Below are positions 49,117 through 59,964 of a stretch of 64,000 bases of DNA, in pieces. The stretch spans positions 416,001 to 480,000 of the forward strand of contig CM000436.1 of NCBI GenBank assembly GCA_000165345.1. Direction: 5' to 3'. Position 1 is the first letter of the stretch, and every line of letters starts with the position of its first letter. The notes under the pieces are model-generated. The model had not been told where the DNA came from and searched no databases. It saw only the letters and a program-made list of their open reading frames with translations. The translations under genes and the position numbers were made by a program.

Positions 49117-51714
49117 TTAATGTTCTGGATATCTGACAAATCCAGAATAAGCGTCAATATAGAGTTGTTTAATCTCATTTAAAAGAGGGAATCTTGGATT
49201 AGCTCCCACACATTGATCATCAAGAGCATGGATACTCATAGACTCAACTTTTGACATATAATGTTCTTCCTCTATTCCATGATCTTTAACACACATTGGA
49301 ACTTGTAATGTTTTCTTGAGATTTTGTATTGCTTCAACTAGAATTCTAATATTAATACTCTCTTGATCCAAATTACTATCAAAGCTCTGATTGGACTTGA
49401 AATGCAAGATATCAACAAGCTTTGCATATCTACTCTTTGCTACAGGATACTTGTACTGAGATAGAATGGACTGTTTTGTTGGTCTATTAGATGCATTGTA
49501 AGAAATAATATGTGGTAAAAGTATTGCATTTGCAATTCCATGTGGAATATGCATTTGAGCTCCCAGTTGGTGAGCTAGAGCATGGCAAATTCCAAGAAAA
49601 GCATTTGAGAATGCCATACCAGCAATAGATGAAGCATTGTGTACATATTCTCTTGCCTTGGCATCTGCATTGATAACAGAGTTTGGCAAATGATCGAATA
49701 TAAGTCTCATAGCTTGAATGCAAAGTCCATCAGTGTATTCAGAAGCATAGGTTGCAACAAAAGCTTCAAGGGCATGTGTTAGAGCATCTAAGCCAGTTGC
49801 AGCTGCAAGGAACCTTGGCATAGAAAGAACAAAGTTGGCATCAACAATGGCCATATCAGGAGTAAGCTTGTAAGAAGCAATAGGATATTTGATTCCAGTG
49901 CTGTTATCAGTAATTACAGCAAATGGAGTCATTTCTGCTCCAGTACCAGAAGTAGTAGGAATACAAATAAATCTTTGAATTTTTCCACCGCTGGGAGGTA
50001 GTTTGACAATTCTCTTTCTAATATCCATAAATCTAGTAACAACTTCATTCCATTTGACAGTTGGATGTTCATACATAAGCCTTACAAGCTTGGAAGCGTC
50101 CATAGGAGAGCCTCCTCCAAAACCAATAAGACAATCTGGTTTGCTTACATTTAATCTTTTAACAATTTCCTTGACAGTTTCAACATCAGGTTCAGGAGGG
50201 ACTTCTGCAAACATCTCAGAGGCTACTCCTACAGACTTGAGACCTTCAATAAGATTATCAACAAACCCAAGACTAACCATGACTCTATCAGTAATAATGT
50301 AGGCTTTCTTTAAATTGATTTCTTTGAGATCTTGTAAAGCTTCTTCAAGGCATCCTCTATTGAAATAAATAGAAGGTGGAACCTTAAACCAGGAGATGTG
50401 GTCCCTTCTTTGTACAACTTGCTTGTAATTAAGCAAATGTTTTACACCAATTCCCTCAGCTGTTGAAGTATGGCCCCAGGAACCACATCCCAAAGTCAAA
50501 GAAGGAGTTTGACGGAAGTTAAACATTTCACCCATTGCTCCTTGAGCAGCTGGCATGCAAACTAGAACTCTTCCAGTGGGAATGCTTCTCTGGAACTCAG
50601 TAATTCTGCGTTTTCCTTCATCAGAATTTGGGTCAGTATATATACAAGATGTGTGTCCCAAACCACCAAATTCAACTAAGGCTTTTGCCTTGGAAACACC
50701 ATCATTAAAGTCGCTAGCTCTGATGATTGACAATACAGGACACAACTTTTCGTGAGACAGTTTCTCCCCTCTTCCAATTTCGTTGATTTCAGCAAGAATC
50801 ATAACAGCATCTTTTGGGATATCAATGGATGCCATCTTTGCGATTTCAACTGCACTAATTCCAACAGATTTAGGATTCATATTTCCATTTTCGTCAATTA
50901 ATAAATTCCCAAGTCTCTGGAGCTCATCTTTTGAAGAAATGATATGTACTCCTCTATTTTTGAATCCAGAAATCAACTTATCATATACTGAATCTAGAAC
51001 CACCAAACATTGTTCGGATGCGCAAATTAAACTGTTATCAAATGTTTTGGATAAAATTACTGAGTTCACAACCATTTCCAAATCTGAGAGTTCATCAACT
51101 AATACTGGTGAATTTCCTGCTCCTCCTCCCAAGGCTGGTTTTCCACATGAATAAGCTGCCTTCACCAAAGCCACTGAACCTGTTGCTAGAATGGCACTGA
51201 CAGAGCTATGGTTCATTAAGGAATTACATAAGGAAATACTTGCAACATCGATCCAACCAATACAATCCTCTGGAGCTCCTGCTTCTATTGCTGCATCCCT
51301 GATAATTTTGGCTGCTCTTATGGAGCTTCTAGCAGTTCTTGGATGAGGAGAAAATACTATGCAGTTTCTTGTCTTAAGGGAGATGAGGGATTTGAAGATC
51401 GTTGTAGATGTTGGATTTGTACATGGAGAGATTCCTGCCAAAATTCCCAATGGTTCAGCAACAATATCAATTCCTCCAAATTCATCATGTTCAATTACTC
51501 CTACAGTCTTTGTATTTCTGTACTTATTATAAATATTCTCTGATGCAAAGTGATTCTTTATTATCTTATCCTCTAACAATCCCATTCCACCATCTTCTAT
51601 TGCTAATACTGCCAACTCATATCTTGCACAGTTTGCTGCCAAGGAAGCTCTTTGAAAAATATAATCAACTTGCTCTTGAGAAAGTTTTAAAAAAGCTTTC
51701 TGAGCTACTTCCAC
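49117..51714 (-). CDS. adhE: Bifunctional acetaldehyde-CoA / alcohol dehydrogenase AdhE
   Basis: N-terminal ALDH domain (MEVAQKAFLKLSQEQVDYIFQRASLAANCARYELAVLAIEDGGMG ... ) fused to a C-terminal Fe-ADH domain (GFGGGSPMDASK ... ICIPTTSGTGAEMTPFAV ... HALAHQLGAQMHIPHGIANAILLPHIISYN). 865 aa, the canonical AdhE length. Confidence 0.95.
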   Translation of the reverse strand: MEVAQKAFLKLSQEQVDYIFQRASLAANCARYELAVLAIEDGGMGLLEDKIIKNHFASENIYNKYRNTKTVGVIEHDEFGGIDIVAEPLGILAGISPCTNPTSTTIFKSLISLKTRNCIVFSPHPRTARSSIRAAKIIRDAAIEAGAPEDCIGWIDVASISLCNSLMNHSSVSAILATGSVALVKAAYSCGKPALGGGAGNSPVLVDELSDLEMVVNSVILSKTFDNSLICASEQCLVVLDSVYDKLISGFKNRGVHIISSKDELQRLGNLLIDENGNMNPKSVGISAVEIAKMASIDIPKDAVMILAEINEIGRGEKLSHEKLCPVLSIIRASDFNDGVSKAKALVEFGGLGHTSCIYTDPNSDEGKRRITEFQRSIPTGRVLVCMPAAQGAMGEMFNFRQTPSLTLGCGSWGHTSTAEGIGVKHLLNYKQVVQRRDHISWFKVPPSIYFNRGCLEEALQDLKEINLKKAYIITDRVMVSLGFVDNLIEGLKSVGVASEMFAEVPPEPDVETVKEIVKRLNVSKPDCLIGFGGGSPMDASKLVRLMYEHPTVKWNEVVTRFMDIRKRIVKLPPSGGKIQRFICIPTTSGTGAEMTPFAVITDNSTGIKYPIASYKLTPDMAIVDANFVLSMPRFLAAATGLDALTHALEAFVATYASEYTDGLCIQAMRLIFDHLPNSVINADAKAREYVHNASSIAGMAFSNAFLGICHALAHQLGAQMHIPHGIANAILLPHIISYNASNRPTKQSILSQYKYPVAKSRYAKLVDILHFKSNQSFDSNLDQESINIRILVEAIQNLKKTLQVPMCVKDHGIEEEHYMSKVESMSIHALDDQCVGANPRFPLLNEIKQLYIDAYSGFVRYPEH

Positions 51715-52620
51715 CTTTAATTAGAAGAAAAATATATAAATAATAATCAAATCCAAGTTAATTCATATTTTTGGAGCTAGGAACAATCTGTTCCTCAATT
51801 TTCTCTTACCTTTTTTAATAATTCATCCAAGGACTCAACAGAATCGACCAGCTTTCCAATGCTCTGTGATACCTCAGGAATGTAAGCACTCATATTTGAA
51901 AATCTGGAAAAATAATAAACAGTGTATTTATTTTCTTAATAATTATTTTCCTATAAATTATTCTCTAGCTCTGCTGATTAGTTTATTTACTCATTTTTTT
52001 TAATATCGCATGTAAACTCTACAAAAGTAGGCCGGTAAATACAAAAATTGCATGTAAACAATAAAAATGCATGCAATCCTCGAATTTCTGTCAAATTTTA
52101 AATTATTGAACTTATTTTCGATTCTTATGAATACTATTATTTTTAATGCTTTACTATTCGCCTTTTTCATTTATATACTAATTGATTCAAATACACAACA
52201 ACTTATTCCATTTCTTTAATTCTTCTGACATTGCTAGCTAAAAAAAATTTTGTAAATAACTAAATTTCAAAATAAATAAAATAGCATAATCCTGTAATTA
52301 CCTAGAATTAGTTTCATTAGAACAATACGTTGATGGAATCCTCTATTCAAATCCTTCTATTTACTTTCACATATTTTTTTTTTTACCTATTCGTCATTCA
52401 CAAAAATCCTATACCGGCATTAAATTTAGGCGCCAAAACTAATTATTTTCTCTTTTTCTATTCCATTTCAACATATAATAAGATTAACAAGTTAAAGCCA
52501 ATTTTATTTCTATAGAAATTTGGGGAGTTTTTTTTTGTAAAGTTTCTCCTTAAATTAATTGCTCCCCCTCAACTTTCTACTTTCAGTTTTATTTATACCC
52601 CACAACATGGAAAGGCAATT

Positions 52621-53556
52621 ATGAATAGTGAATGCAAGACTTTAGAAAAAGATATAGGTCTTGCTTATTGTAAAGTACTCTTGGTGGGTGTTGGAGGAAT
52701 TGGAACAGAAATCCTTAGATGTCTGATATTCTCCGGATTTAGACGAATTGATATCGTTGACTATGACTACGTTGAAGTCTCCAATATTTCCAGACAACTA
52801 TTTTTCAACCTTGGAGATGAAGGAAAGTCCAAGGTGCATGTTTTGGCGGCAAACGCAACAAACCACTTCAAGTCAGCAAAAGGATTAGAAATCAAGCCTT
52901 TTCATTCTGACATTTCCGACTTTTTCTCAAAGTTCAATGTGACCCCATCCGACTACAAAATCATTCTTTCTGGTTTGGATAATATTCATGCAAGAAGGAC
53001 ATTGAATGCTATAGTAATGACGCAATCTAGTCCTCAAGCTTATCCAATACTATTAGATAGTGGTACTGAAGGATTTAATGGCCATTCTAGAATCATTATT
53101 CCGGGAGAAACATCCTGCTATGAATGTACAATGGGACTCAACGTCCAAGATACTAACTTTCCACTCTGTGAAATCAAAGAATTCCCTAGAACACCTATTC
53201 ATTGTATAGCATATGCAAATTTTATATATGAGGAAGATGAACAAGACAATGAGGACTTTAAAAATCACAAAATTCTTAAGATTTATCAACTAGCACAAGA
53301 ACATGCAAAATCTTTTGGAATTCAGGGAGTCACTTTAGAATTAACAAAACAAATTATTGGAAATATCTTCCCAACACTTCTTTCTACAAATACAATTATT
53401 GCATCCTCTGTGGTTTCCCAGGCCATTAAGTATCTAAGAGGCTCTGGACAAGCCAAGAACCTTAAAAACTATTTTATGTATTATGGTCAAACAGGTATAT
53501 ATTCATCCTGCTTTGAAATTCACAAAGACGAAAACTGTATTTTTTGTAAGATATAA
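52621..53556 (+). CDS. UBA3: NEDD8-activating enzyme E1 catalytic subunit UBA3, lacking the C-terminal ubiquitin-fold domain
   Basis: CKVLLVGVGGIGTEILRCLIFSGFRRIDIVDYDYVEVSNISRQ ... DSGTEGFNGHSRIIIPGETSCYECTMGLNVQDTNFPLCEIKEFPRTPIHCIAYA ... FGIQGVTLELTKQIIGNIFPTLLSTNTIIASSV aligns with human UBA3 including the catalytic Cys (PMCTIAS vs PLCEIKE). ORF stops 2 residues after the ENCxxC block, where UBA3 normally continues for about 95 aa of UFD. Confidence 0.85.
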   Translation: MNSECKTLEKDIGLAYCKVLLVGVGGIGTEILRCLIFSGFRRIDIVDYDYVEVSNISRQLFFNLGDEGKSKVHVLAANATNHFKSAKGLEIKPFHSDISDFFSKFNVTPSDYKIILSGLDNIHARRTLNAIVMTQSSPQAYPILLDSGTEGFNGHSRIIIPGETSCYECTMGLNVQDTNFPLCEIKEFPRTPIHCIAYANFIYEEDEQDNEDFKNHKILKIYQLAQEHAKSFGIQGVTLELTKQIIGNIFPTLLSTNTIIASSVVSQAIKYLRGSGQAKNLKNYFMYYGQTGIYSSCFEIHKDENCIFCKI

Positions 53557-53718
53557 AATTATAGTTGGACTATCCGATCCATTCATATTTACTCATTTAT
53601 TATTCACTATTAACTTATTTATTTCTACCGGAAGTCCTTTTCTCTAAGACTCCCAATCTAGAATTAATCTCATCTTTCAAATAAAAATTAGATTACATTC
53701 TATCCGATTTATTGTCTA

Positions 53719-56700
53719 TTAATTGTTCTTTTTTGTTGTATTCACAGGCTCCCAAGATAAAAAGCTTTCAACATTAGCATCTCCACCTTTAGCTACAGAA
53801 GAGTTGAACCACGCTTCTCCAGCATTAAGTCCCCAAGTTGAACTTATATTTCCAATATACTGAGACCTCCCCATTTCTGTGTATAGTCCAGCAATACCTT
53901 TTGATCCTTCAAGCGCTTTTTGAGCTTTAGGAGGTATATATGGGGTTCTAACCTTCTCATCCAAGTAAATGAATCCAGAATACGATGAATTGATCAATTC
54001 GATCGCTAGATCTTTTGAAATACCAAGATTTGTAAGATTCCCTGAAATCCCATCCCATCTATTATTCATTGGTGGTATTGGAGCTCTTCCATCATTTCCA
54101 CTTGAATCTCCAAAATTTCCATTATCTATTTCTGTAGAGTTTATTGTTCCTATTAATGCATAAGGAGCTAATCCTTGGCATGAACATTCAATCACAAATT
54201 GCTTGCTTTCCTGTTTACTTGGAGAAATATTACTTGTACAAAGATCTTCTCTCCAAACTGAGTCACTTAACATTGAACAACCTATATTTGTCATATTTAC
54301 TGGAATCTCAAAAGAAAGAGGAAGTGAAAATGTTACTGTAGGAGTTCCATATGCATAATAATCAATTGAACAAAGATAAAGAGCTCCTCCTCCTATTGGA
54401 ATAGGTCTTGAGACTTTTCTAACAGCATTCTCTATTAACATATTCGAAATATATTTCCTTGGGTAAGTATAACTAGAAATTGTTGCTGATGTATTTGGAC
54501 AACTTCTTGAAGCAAATTCTAGCATTTCTGAATCGTATTCTTCCGGATATGCTTGGAAGTAAATAGATTCAACAGGGGAAAGTTTCTTTATCTCATTAAA
54601 TCTAAAGCCTGAAATTGCCATTCCGTTCAAACTTGTTGATCTTCTCGTAAATACTTCATCTAAAGTAATTACAGAAAGCGAAATACCACTTTCTTTTCCT
54701 TTCCAATCCAAAGAATCTTTATTATAAGTCCAAAATGAAAATCTATTACCCACAGATTCAAGCATATGCGAGATGGTTGACTCTAGATTACTATCTCCAA
54801 GTATTCTACTCCATCCATTGCTTGCAACTAATAGATCCAAAGTCTCTAGAACAAGATTTGAGACACTAGGACTACTGGTACATTCTGCATTCAAAGTAAT
54901 ATTCATCAATATTTCAAAAGGTCTTGTGACATCCAAATTAAGTTTAGGATTTTCGTAGGCAACTTTGTAAATCTTCTTAAGAATATACAGAGACATAAGC
55001 TTGAAAGAAGCAAAGTCATAGCCTTGAGGAATATTCTGGAGTTCAAATGCTGTGGAATAGATCGACTCAAAATAGTTTTTCCATATTAACAAGTTATCTT
55101 TGTTTTCCTCAAAAAGAGCACTCACCAATTGAATTGTTTCTATTGGTGTTGTATAAGCCAATGGATGTGTAACCACAGCTATTGCATCTTCAATCTCTGA
55201 TTGAGAATCTTTAGTCTTCATCAAAACTTTGGAAAATGGACAAGGGAAAGAATTCAACAGACTCAAGTCATTGGAACACCAATGAGAGTAGAAAGAGTCT
55301 TTGAATGGAGGTTGGCAAGGAATATAACAACCAGAAAATGTTACTGTTTGGGCTCTAATGTATACAAACCATTCTTTGCTGGTAGCTGGGAGCCTTAAAG
55401 AGGGTGGAAGCTGAGTCAAAGAATCTCCAAGGAAAATGACTGTGGAATTCTGTCCAATAATTTGCGATGATGATGCGATAATTCCAAAACTTGCAAAACC
55501 TTCATCTTGCTCTGTGTTTGAAAATGCAAGATTGCTAAGAGTGAGGAAAATTGAGTCCCCAATAGAAGCTCCTTTTTCCTCTGGTTGATATAGAGAAAGC
55601 TTTCCAACAGTTGGAGGAAAGTCAACAGCTCCAAATTCTATAGATACAAATTCATTTGTATTGGGTTGTGGATTACTTTGTATTAAGGTTTCATACGAAA
55701 TAAAGGTTGTTCTAGGAGAACTGGATTCTGAAATGATTAATTCATGAATACAATTTGAGAATTTTGAGTTTTGTAGAACTGGATACTTAGTAGTTATGAT
55801 CATAGATCCTCCTAGATTTGAAAAATCAGCAATTGAAATCTTGGAAACACTTGGAGTCCCTGAAACTCTTCTTATTGATTCACAATAAAGATATGCTGAG
55901 ACATAGAATTCTTTGTTAATACTAATTCCAGAAGTTTTCCCTAGAACTACTTTGTGTCTGATCTGTAGAACTTTGTTAAAAGGGATTAAAAATGAATACT
56001 TTGTATTATGAAGATGATCCCAAGCCTTTACTGTTGGGTAAATAATGAAGATCTGTTGAACAGTTGTGGGAATCATTGGTATCATTGGAATTTTGGAACA
56101 ATATTCTGGTGATAGAAAGCCTGAAATTGGAGGAGAAAAGAGCTTAACTGAAATACCCTTTGAAGGACTTGTATAAGAAATAGTATCAGTGAAAATTGTT
56201 ACTGTTATAGCAAGATAGTCAGTAGTCTTAAAAGATGAAGCTTTCAGAGTGGTTACATGTTCTTCTGGAGCAGTATTCACCATTCCAATAAACTGATTCT
56301 GGCTATCTGGAGTGTTTAAGCATGTAACAAATTCATTGTTTAGCTTACATGATGTAATCTCGTCTCTAGGTACTTCAATCATATCTTGCCAAGTATTTGT
56401 GGATGTAGTCTTTTTGGTTTTACACTGCCAAGCTGTTTTGAGTGAGTACATATCTCTTTTCATAGGTACGAATCTAGCGGCTCTACAAGTCATTCCTGAT
56501 CCAGGAGTTGCATAGTTTCCAAAGTTTCTGTTAATATACCTTTCGCTAAACTGATAGAATTCACTTCCAAGAGTAATTGAAGTATCATGATTCACAAAAG
56601 ATGGTAAATTATAGAAGATAAAAGGTTGGTTTGAAGCAGTTGCAATCAAAAGAGAGTGAAGAAGACCGTTTCCAGGGTATATCTTCTTAAATTTTCGTGT

Positions 56701-58239
56701 CTCATCATTTATATCTGATCTAAAGGTTCCTTTGTGAGTATAGCTGACATATTGGATTAGGGATGACAATACAAAAAAGTAACTTATAGGAGATGGAGCT
56801 GAAAGATATTTGATCGGAGGGAGGTAGAACGGGGATTTAAATTGGGTATTTGAATTTCTGAGATGGGTTCCACATAACCCCACACCTGCATGCACACCGG
56901 TATAGGAAGATTTGGGAGAATATGGGAAGGTACCATTATAATAGCATCCTCCAAGAAAATTATTTGAAAATGTGAGATATGTTGAAATAGTGTTTTGGAG
57001 TTGTCCAGGGTAGTTTTTTCCATTTAAGAATGGTCTTTTAGAGAAGTACATGCTAGAGAGTACAGTGTTTCTGGATATAGTAGAGTCATTTTTTGAGTAT
57101 TTTGAAATAAACCTTTTTGGGGGTAAATCTTTAAGGTAATTGATATTGAATGGATTGGAAGAATTATTAGCATAATTCCAAAAAGGGTCCATAGGGTAAT
57201 AGAATAAATAGTTATTTACACAGTTTGTACTACTGTTGGATGGAAGATTAGATGGCATAACCACTCTAATAGGTGAGACACCTAAGGGAATGTTTGTCCA
57301 ACCAAAAGGTACTGCAGAATTATATTCGTTGGTAGTAACATTATTTTGGATTGCAATGAAAGCTCCTTGAGCAGAGTTTATAATAGGGGGTTGGAAACCT
57401 GCAAACCTTTCTTTAGGCTTCCAAATCCCAGATGTTAGGTCAGAATCATATCTTCCATATGAAAAGGTCATGTTAAAGAGATCAACATATGAGTGATCTG
57501 GAGGATCAGATTCTTGGATTGAGCTTCCAGGAAGGACCTCTGGAGGAAGGTCTATTTTATATTTAAATGGTAGAACAACCATATCTGAGAAAGAATTAGC
57601 CAAATTTAGGACACTTGCAACATTAACCCAATTTTCACTATAATAATGTTGCTGGAGCCAGGTAAGGACTGGATCAGGAGAAGGAGTAGTTGAGACACCT
57701 TCTTCCACAATACTCGCAAGTGCATCTCCAATTATAGTTCCTGGTATGAGGAAAGTGAAGTTAGTAGCTGAGGTAGATTGGATCATGGTTGGCTCAAAAT
57801 TATTCAAGTAATCTACAACCATGTTGCAGGCAACATAGTAGCTTGAGGTTTGGTTAACAGAGATGGATCCAAAAGCTGTAGAGATCCAGATTGGGTCAGT
57901 TAAGCCTGCATGATTACATGAGAATGAGATTGGATTACTTTCAAAAACATAGTTAATATTCTTGAGGCTGATTACAATTGGGTACATATAAGAGCAAGGA
58001 GTTAAAATAGCTGGGAATCCGATAGTAGACCATAAAGAAAGGTCGTATCTAGGCTGGTTTGCTAAATCATCAATTTTGATATCCATTCCCCATGCACCTT
58101 GGGCTATTGTACTATTTGGAAACATGGGATTGACAGTGTAGCTTTCTGGCATAAGCTGGGAGAGGACTAGGCTATTTTTTAGCCAGGAAATTTGAATAAG
58201 AAAAATAAGGAGTAGGCATGGGATTCTCCTTAATAGCAT
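53719..58239 (-). CDS. Large secreted protein (1506 aa) with cleavable signal peptide, Cys-containing and rich in N-glycosylation sequons. Lineage-specific extracellular protein
   Basis: N-terminus MLLRRIPCLLLIFLIQISWLKNSLVLSQ is a textbook signal peptide. No internal TM helices. Dozens of NxS/T sequons. No recognised domain. Confidence 0.6.
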   Translation of the reverse strand: MLLRRIPCLLLIFLIQISWLKNSLVLSQLMPESYTVNPMFPNSTIAQGAWGMDIKIDDLANQPRYDLSLWSTIGFPAILTPCSYMYPIVISLKNINYVFESNPISFSCNHAGLTDPIWISTAFGSISVNQTSSYYVACNMVVDYLNNFEPTMIQSTSATNFTFLIPGTIIGDALASIVEEGVSTTPSPDPVLTWLQQHYYSENWVNVASVLNLANSFSDMVVLPFKYKIDLPPEVLPGSSIQESDPPDHSYVDLFNMTFSYGRYDSDLTSGIWKPKERFAGFQPPIINSAQGAFIAIQNNVTTNEYNSAVPFGWTNIPLGVSPIRVVMPSNLPSNSSTNCVNNYLFYYPMDPFWNYANNSSNPFNINYLKDLPPKRFISKYSKNDSTISRNTVLSSMYFSKRPFLNGKNYPGQLQNTISTYLTFSNNFLGGCYYNGTFPYSPKSSYTGVHAGVGLCGTHLRNSNTQFKSPFYLPPIKYLSAPSPISYFFVLSSLIQYVSYTHKGTFRSDINDETRKFKKIYPGNGLLHSLLIATASNQPFIFYNLPSFVNHDTSITLGSEFYQFSERYINRNFGNYATPGSGMTCRAARFVPMKRDMYSLKTAWQCKTKKTTSTNTWQDMIEVPRDEITSCKLNNEFVTCLNTPDSQNQFIGMVNTAPEEHVTTLKASSFKTTDYLAITVTIFTDTISYTSPSKGISVKLFSPPISGFLSPEYCSKIPMIPMIPTTVQQIFIIYPTVKAWDHLHNTKYSFLIPFNKVLQIRHKVVLGKTSGISINKEFYVSAYLYCESIRRVSGTPSVSKISIADFSNLGGSMIITTKYPVLQNSKFSNCIHELIISESSSPRTTFISYETLIQSNPQPNTNEFVSIEFGAVDFPPTVGKLSLYQPEEKGASIGDSIFLTLSNLAFSNTEQDEGFASFGIIASSSQIIGQNSTVIFLGDSLTQLPPSLRLPATSKEWFVYIRAQTVTFSGCYIPCQPPFKDSFYSHWCSNDLSLLNSFPCPFSKVLMKTKDSQSEIEDAIAVVTHPLAYTTPIETIQLVSALFEENKDNLLIWKNYFESIYSTAFELQNIPQGYDFASFKLMSLYILKKIYKVAYENPKLNLDVTRPFEILMNITLNAECTSSPSVSNLVLETLDLLVASNGWSRILGDSNLESTISHMLESVGNRFSFWTYNKDSLDWKGKESGISLSVITLDEVFTRRSTSLNGMAISGFRFNEIKKLSPVESIYFQAYPEEYDSEMLEFASRSCPNTSATISSYTYPRKYISNMLIENAVRKVSRPIPIGGGALYLCSIDYYAYGTPTVTFSLPLSFEIPVNMTNIGCSMLSDSVWREDLCTSNISPSKQESKQFVIECSCQGLAPYALIGTINSTEIDNGNFGDSSGNDGRAPIPPMNNRWDGISGNLTNLGISKDLAIELINSSYSGFIYLDEKVRTPYIPPKAQKALEGSKGIAGLYTEMGRSQYIGNISSTWGLNAGEAWFNSSVAKGGDANVESFLSWEPVNTTKKNN

Positions 58240-58815
58240 TGTGACTCTGTTATAATAAGTAATTTTTTAGGTTTAAATTTTCAGAGATTTCAATGCTTTC
58301 CACTGTTTCATCAGGTTTAATTCTTTTTTTGAATTTTGCAGAGTGGGTTTTTTCATTTTTGATTTACCACACTTTTTTCCTTTTTCAAAAAAAAAAAAAA
58401 AAAACAACTAATTTGTTATAAACACTAATTTACAATACTTTTCTAGGAGAATTCATAGTATTAATTTTCTTTAAAATAGCTTAGATTTTTAGTATTATCT
58501 ATTCTAAGACTTTTAATAGTAAAGAATGTTAGCTTCAATTGAGCTCAATATTTAGAAATGAACATAATAACCTCCTCGACCCTTTTAAAATAAAGTTTAC
58601 CACTCATTATCAAACATCTTATAGGTGGATTTTCAAATTTAAGATGAAAATATTCTCAATATAAATTTCAGATTAATTCTAATAATTTTTACTTCAATAT
58701 ATTAGGTCATATATGTGGAATGCATGTTTTTGGCGCCAATTCGAAGTTTAATACCGGTAAATATTAAGTAGAAAAAAATGAACCGGGAAAATATTGTGCC
58801 TTTAAAAAGTGGGGA

Positions 58816-59911
58816 TTGCAAAAATGCAGTATCGTCTGTGAGGATATTTTATCCAAAAGATATTGTGAATTAGGAAATAGGTATTTAAGGTTAGATTGGT
58901 TAGTTTTATTAATTTTTGAGAAGGAAACAAGGATGAATTTCCCTTACTTTTTCTGGATTATATTTTCAATATTGATTTGCAAAGTTAGATTAGAGGTTGT
59001 CATAGAGAATGAAGACCCAAAAGCGGATATGAGTGCACTGGAACATTTAGATTCAAGCTTCATGCAAGACAGAGGGAGTGTGGGGATTGAGAATTTGAGT
59101 TCTAATATTGATTTATCTGCAGGTTTTGCAGATAATGAAGCACAGGATAATTCGAATTTAAGCATGGATAAACCAATTGAGGGGATTGATAATGAGAAGT
59201 TTTCTATCGAAGGTTTGGATACAAATGATGGTTTTGAAGAAGTAAAAGATTCAAGTTTCCAAAATCAGCTTGATATTGAGGAAAATAAAAATAGTGATCA
59301 TTCAGTAGGAAATGGTATATATTCAGAAGATAGTATTTTGAATGGAAGCTTTGAGAGTAAGTCAGTTGATTTGAACGATGTAGATAAAGTTTCAGCAGAA
59401 AACAATTTAAATGATAAATTTGAAAATTTGAGCTTTTCAGATAAAAGTGTTGGAGGTTTTGATGAGCAGGGCAAAAATAATGATTTTCCTGAAATAGAAG
59501 AGAACCAGAAAGATTTTTCCAGCGTTGGAAAAGATTTTTCATTAGCAAATAAAGAATCAGGTGAAGAAAATTTACCCGGGGAATACACCTCAACAACAGT
59601 AGTGGAAAGAATGGACTCAGATCAACAAGATTCTCGGTCTAGCATGTTTCGAGAAAGCACTCTTCCAACTCCGCCTCCACAAACAACTGAATCCACAGAA
59701 GTGACTGGTGGTGGTGGTGGTGGGGGAAATGGCAATGGAGGAGGATTCCCAAACACTTCAACATCTGTACCAACAGAAACAACAACAGGTTCCGGAGGTA
59801 GTGGAGGGGGTAGTGGAGGAGGTAGTGGAGGAGGTAATGGAGGAGGTAGTGGAGGAGGTAATGGAGGAGGTAGTGGAGGCAGTGGAGGCGATGGCGATCA
59901 AAACCAAGTGG
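58816..59911 (+). CDS. Mucin-like type-I membrane glycoprotein, exon 1 (signal peptide most likely from the Met at 58933; acidic S/N-rich ectodomain; Thr/Pro then Gly/Ser-rich stalk)
   Basis: MNFPYFFWIIFSILICKVRLE signal-like segment. Ectodomain ends TLPTPPPQTTESTEVTGGGGGGGNGNGG ... TSTSVPTETTTGSGGSGGGSGGG ..., a mucin-like O-glycosylation stalk. Donor G|GTAGGTTA at 59912 (the same GTAGGTTA donor as Sld5 exon 1). Confidence 0.6.
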
Positions 59912-59964
59912 GTAGGTTAAATTTTTATGATATTCTATACGAACTCTGACTTTTATTTTTTTAG

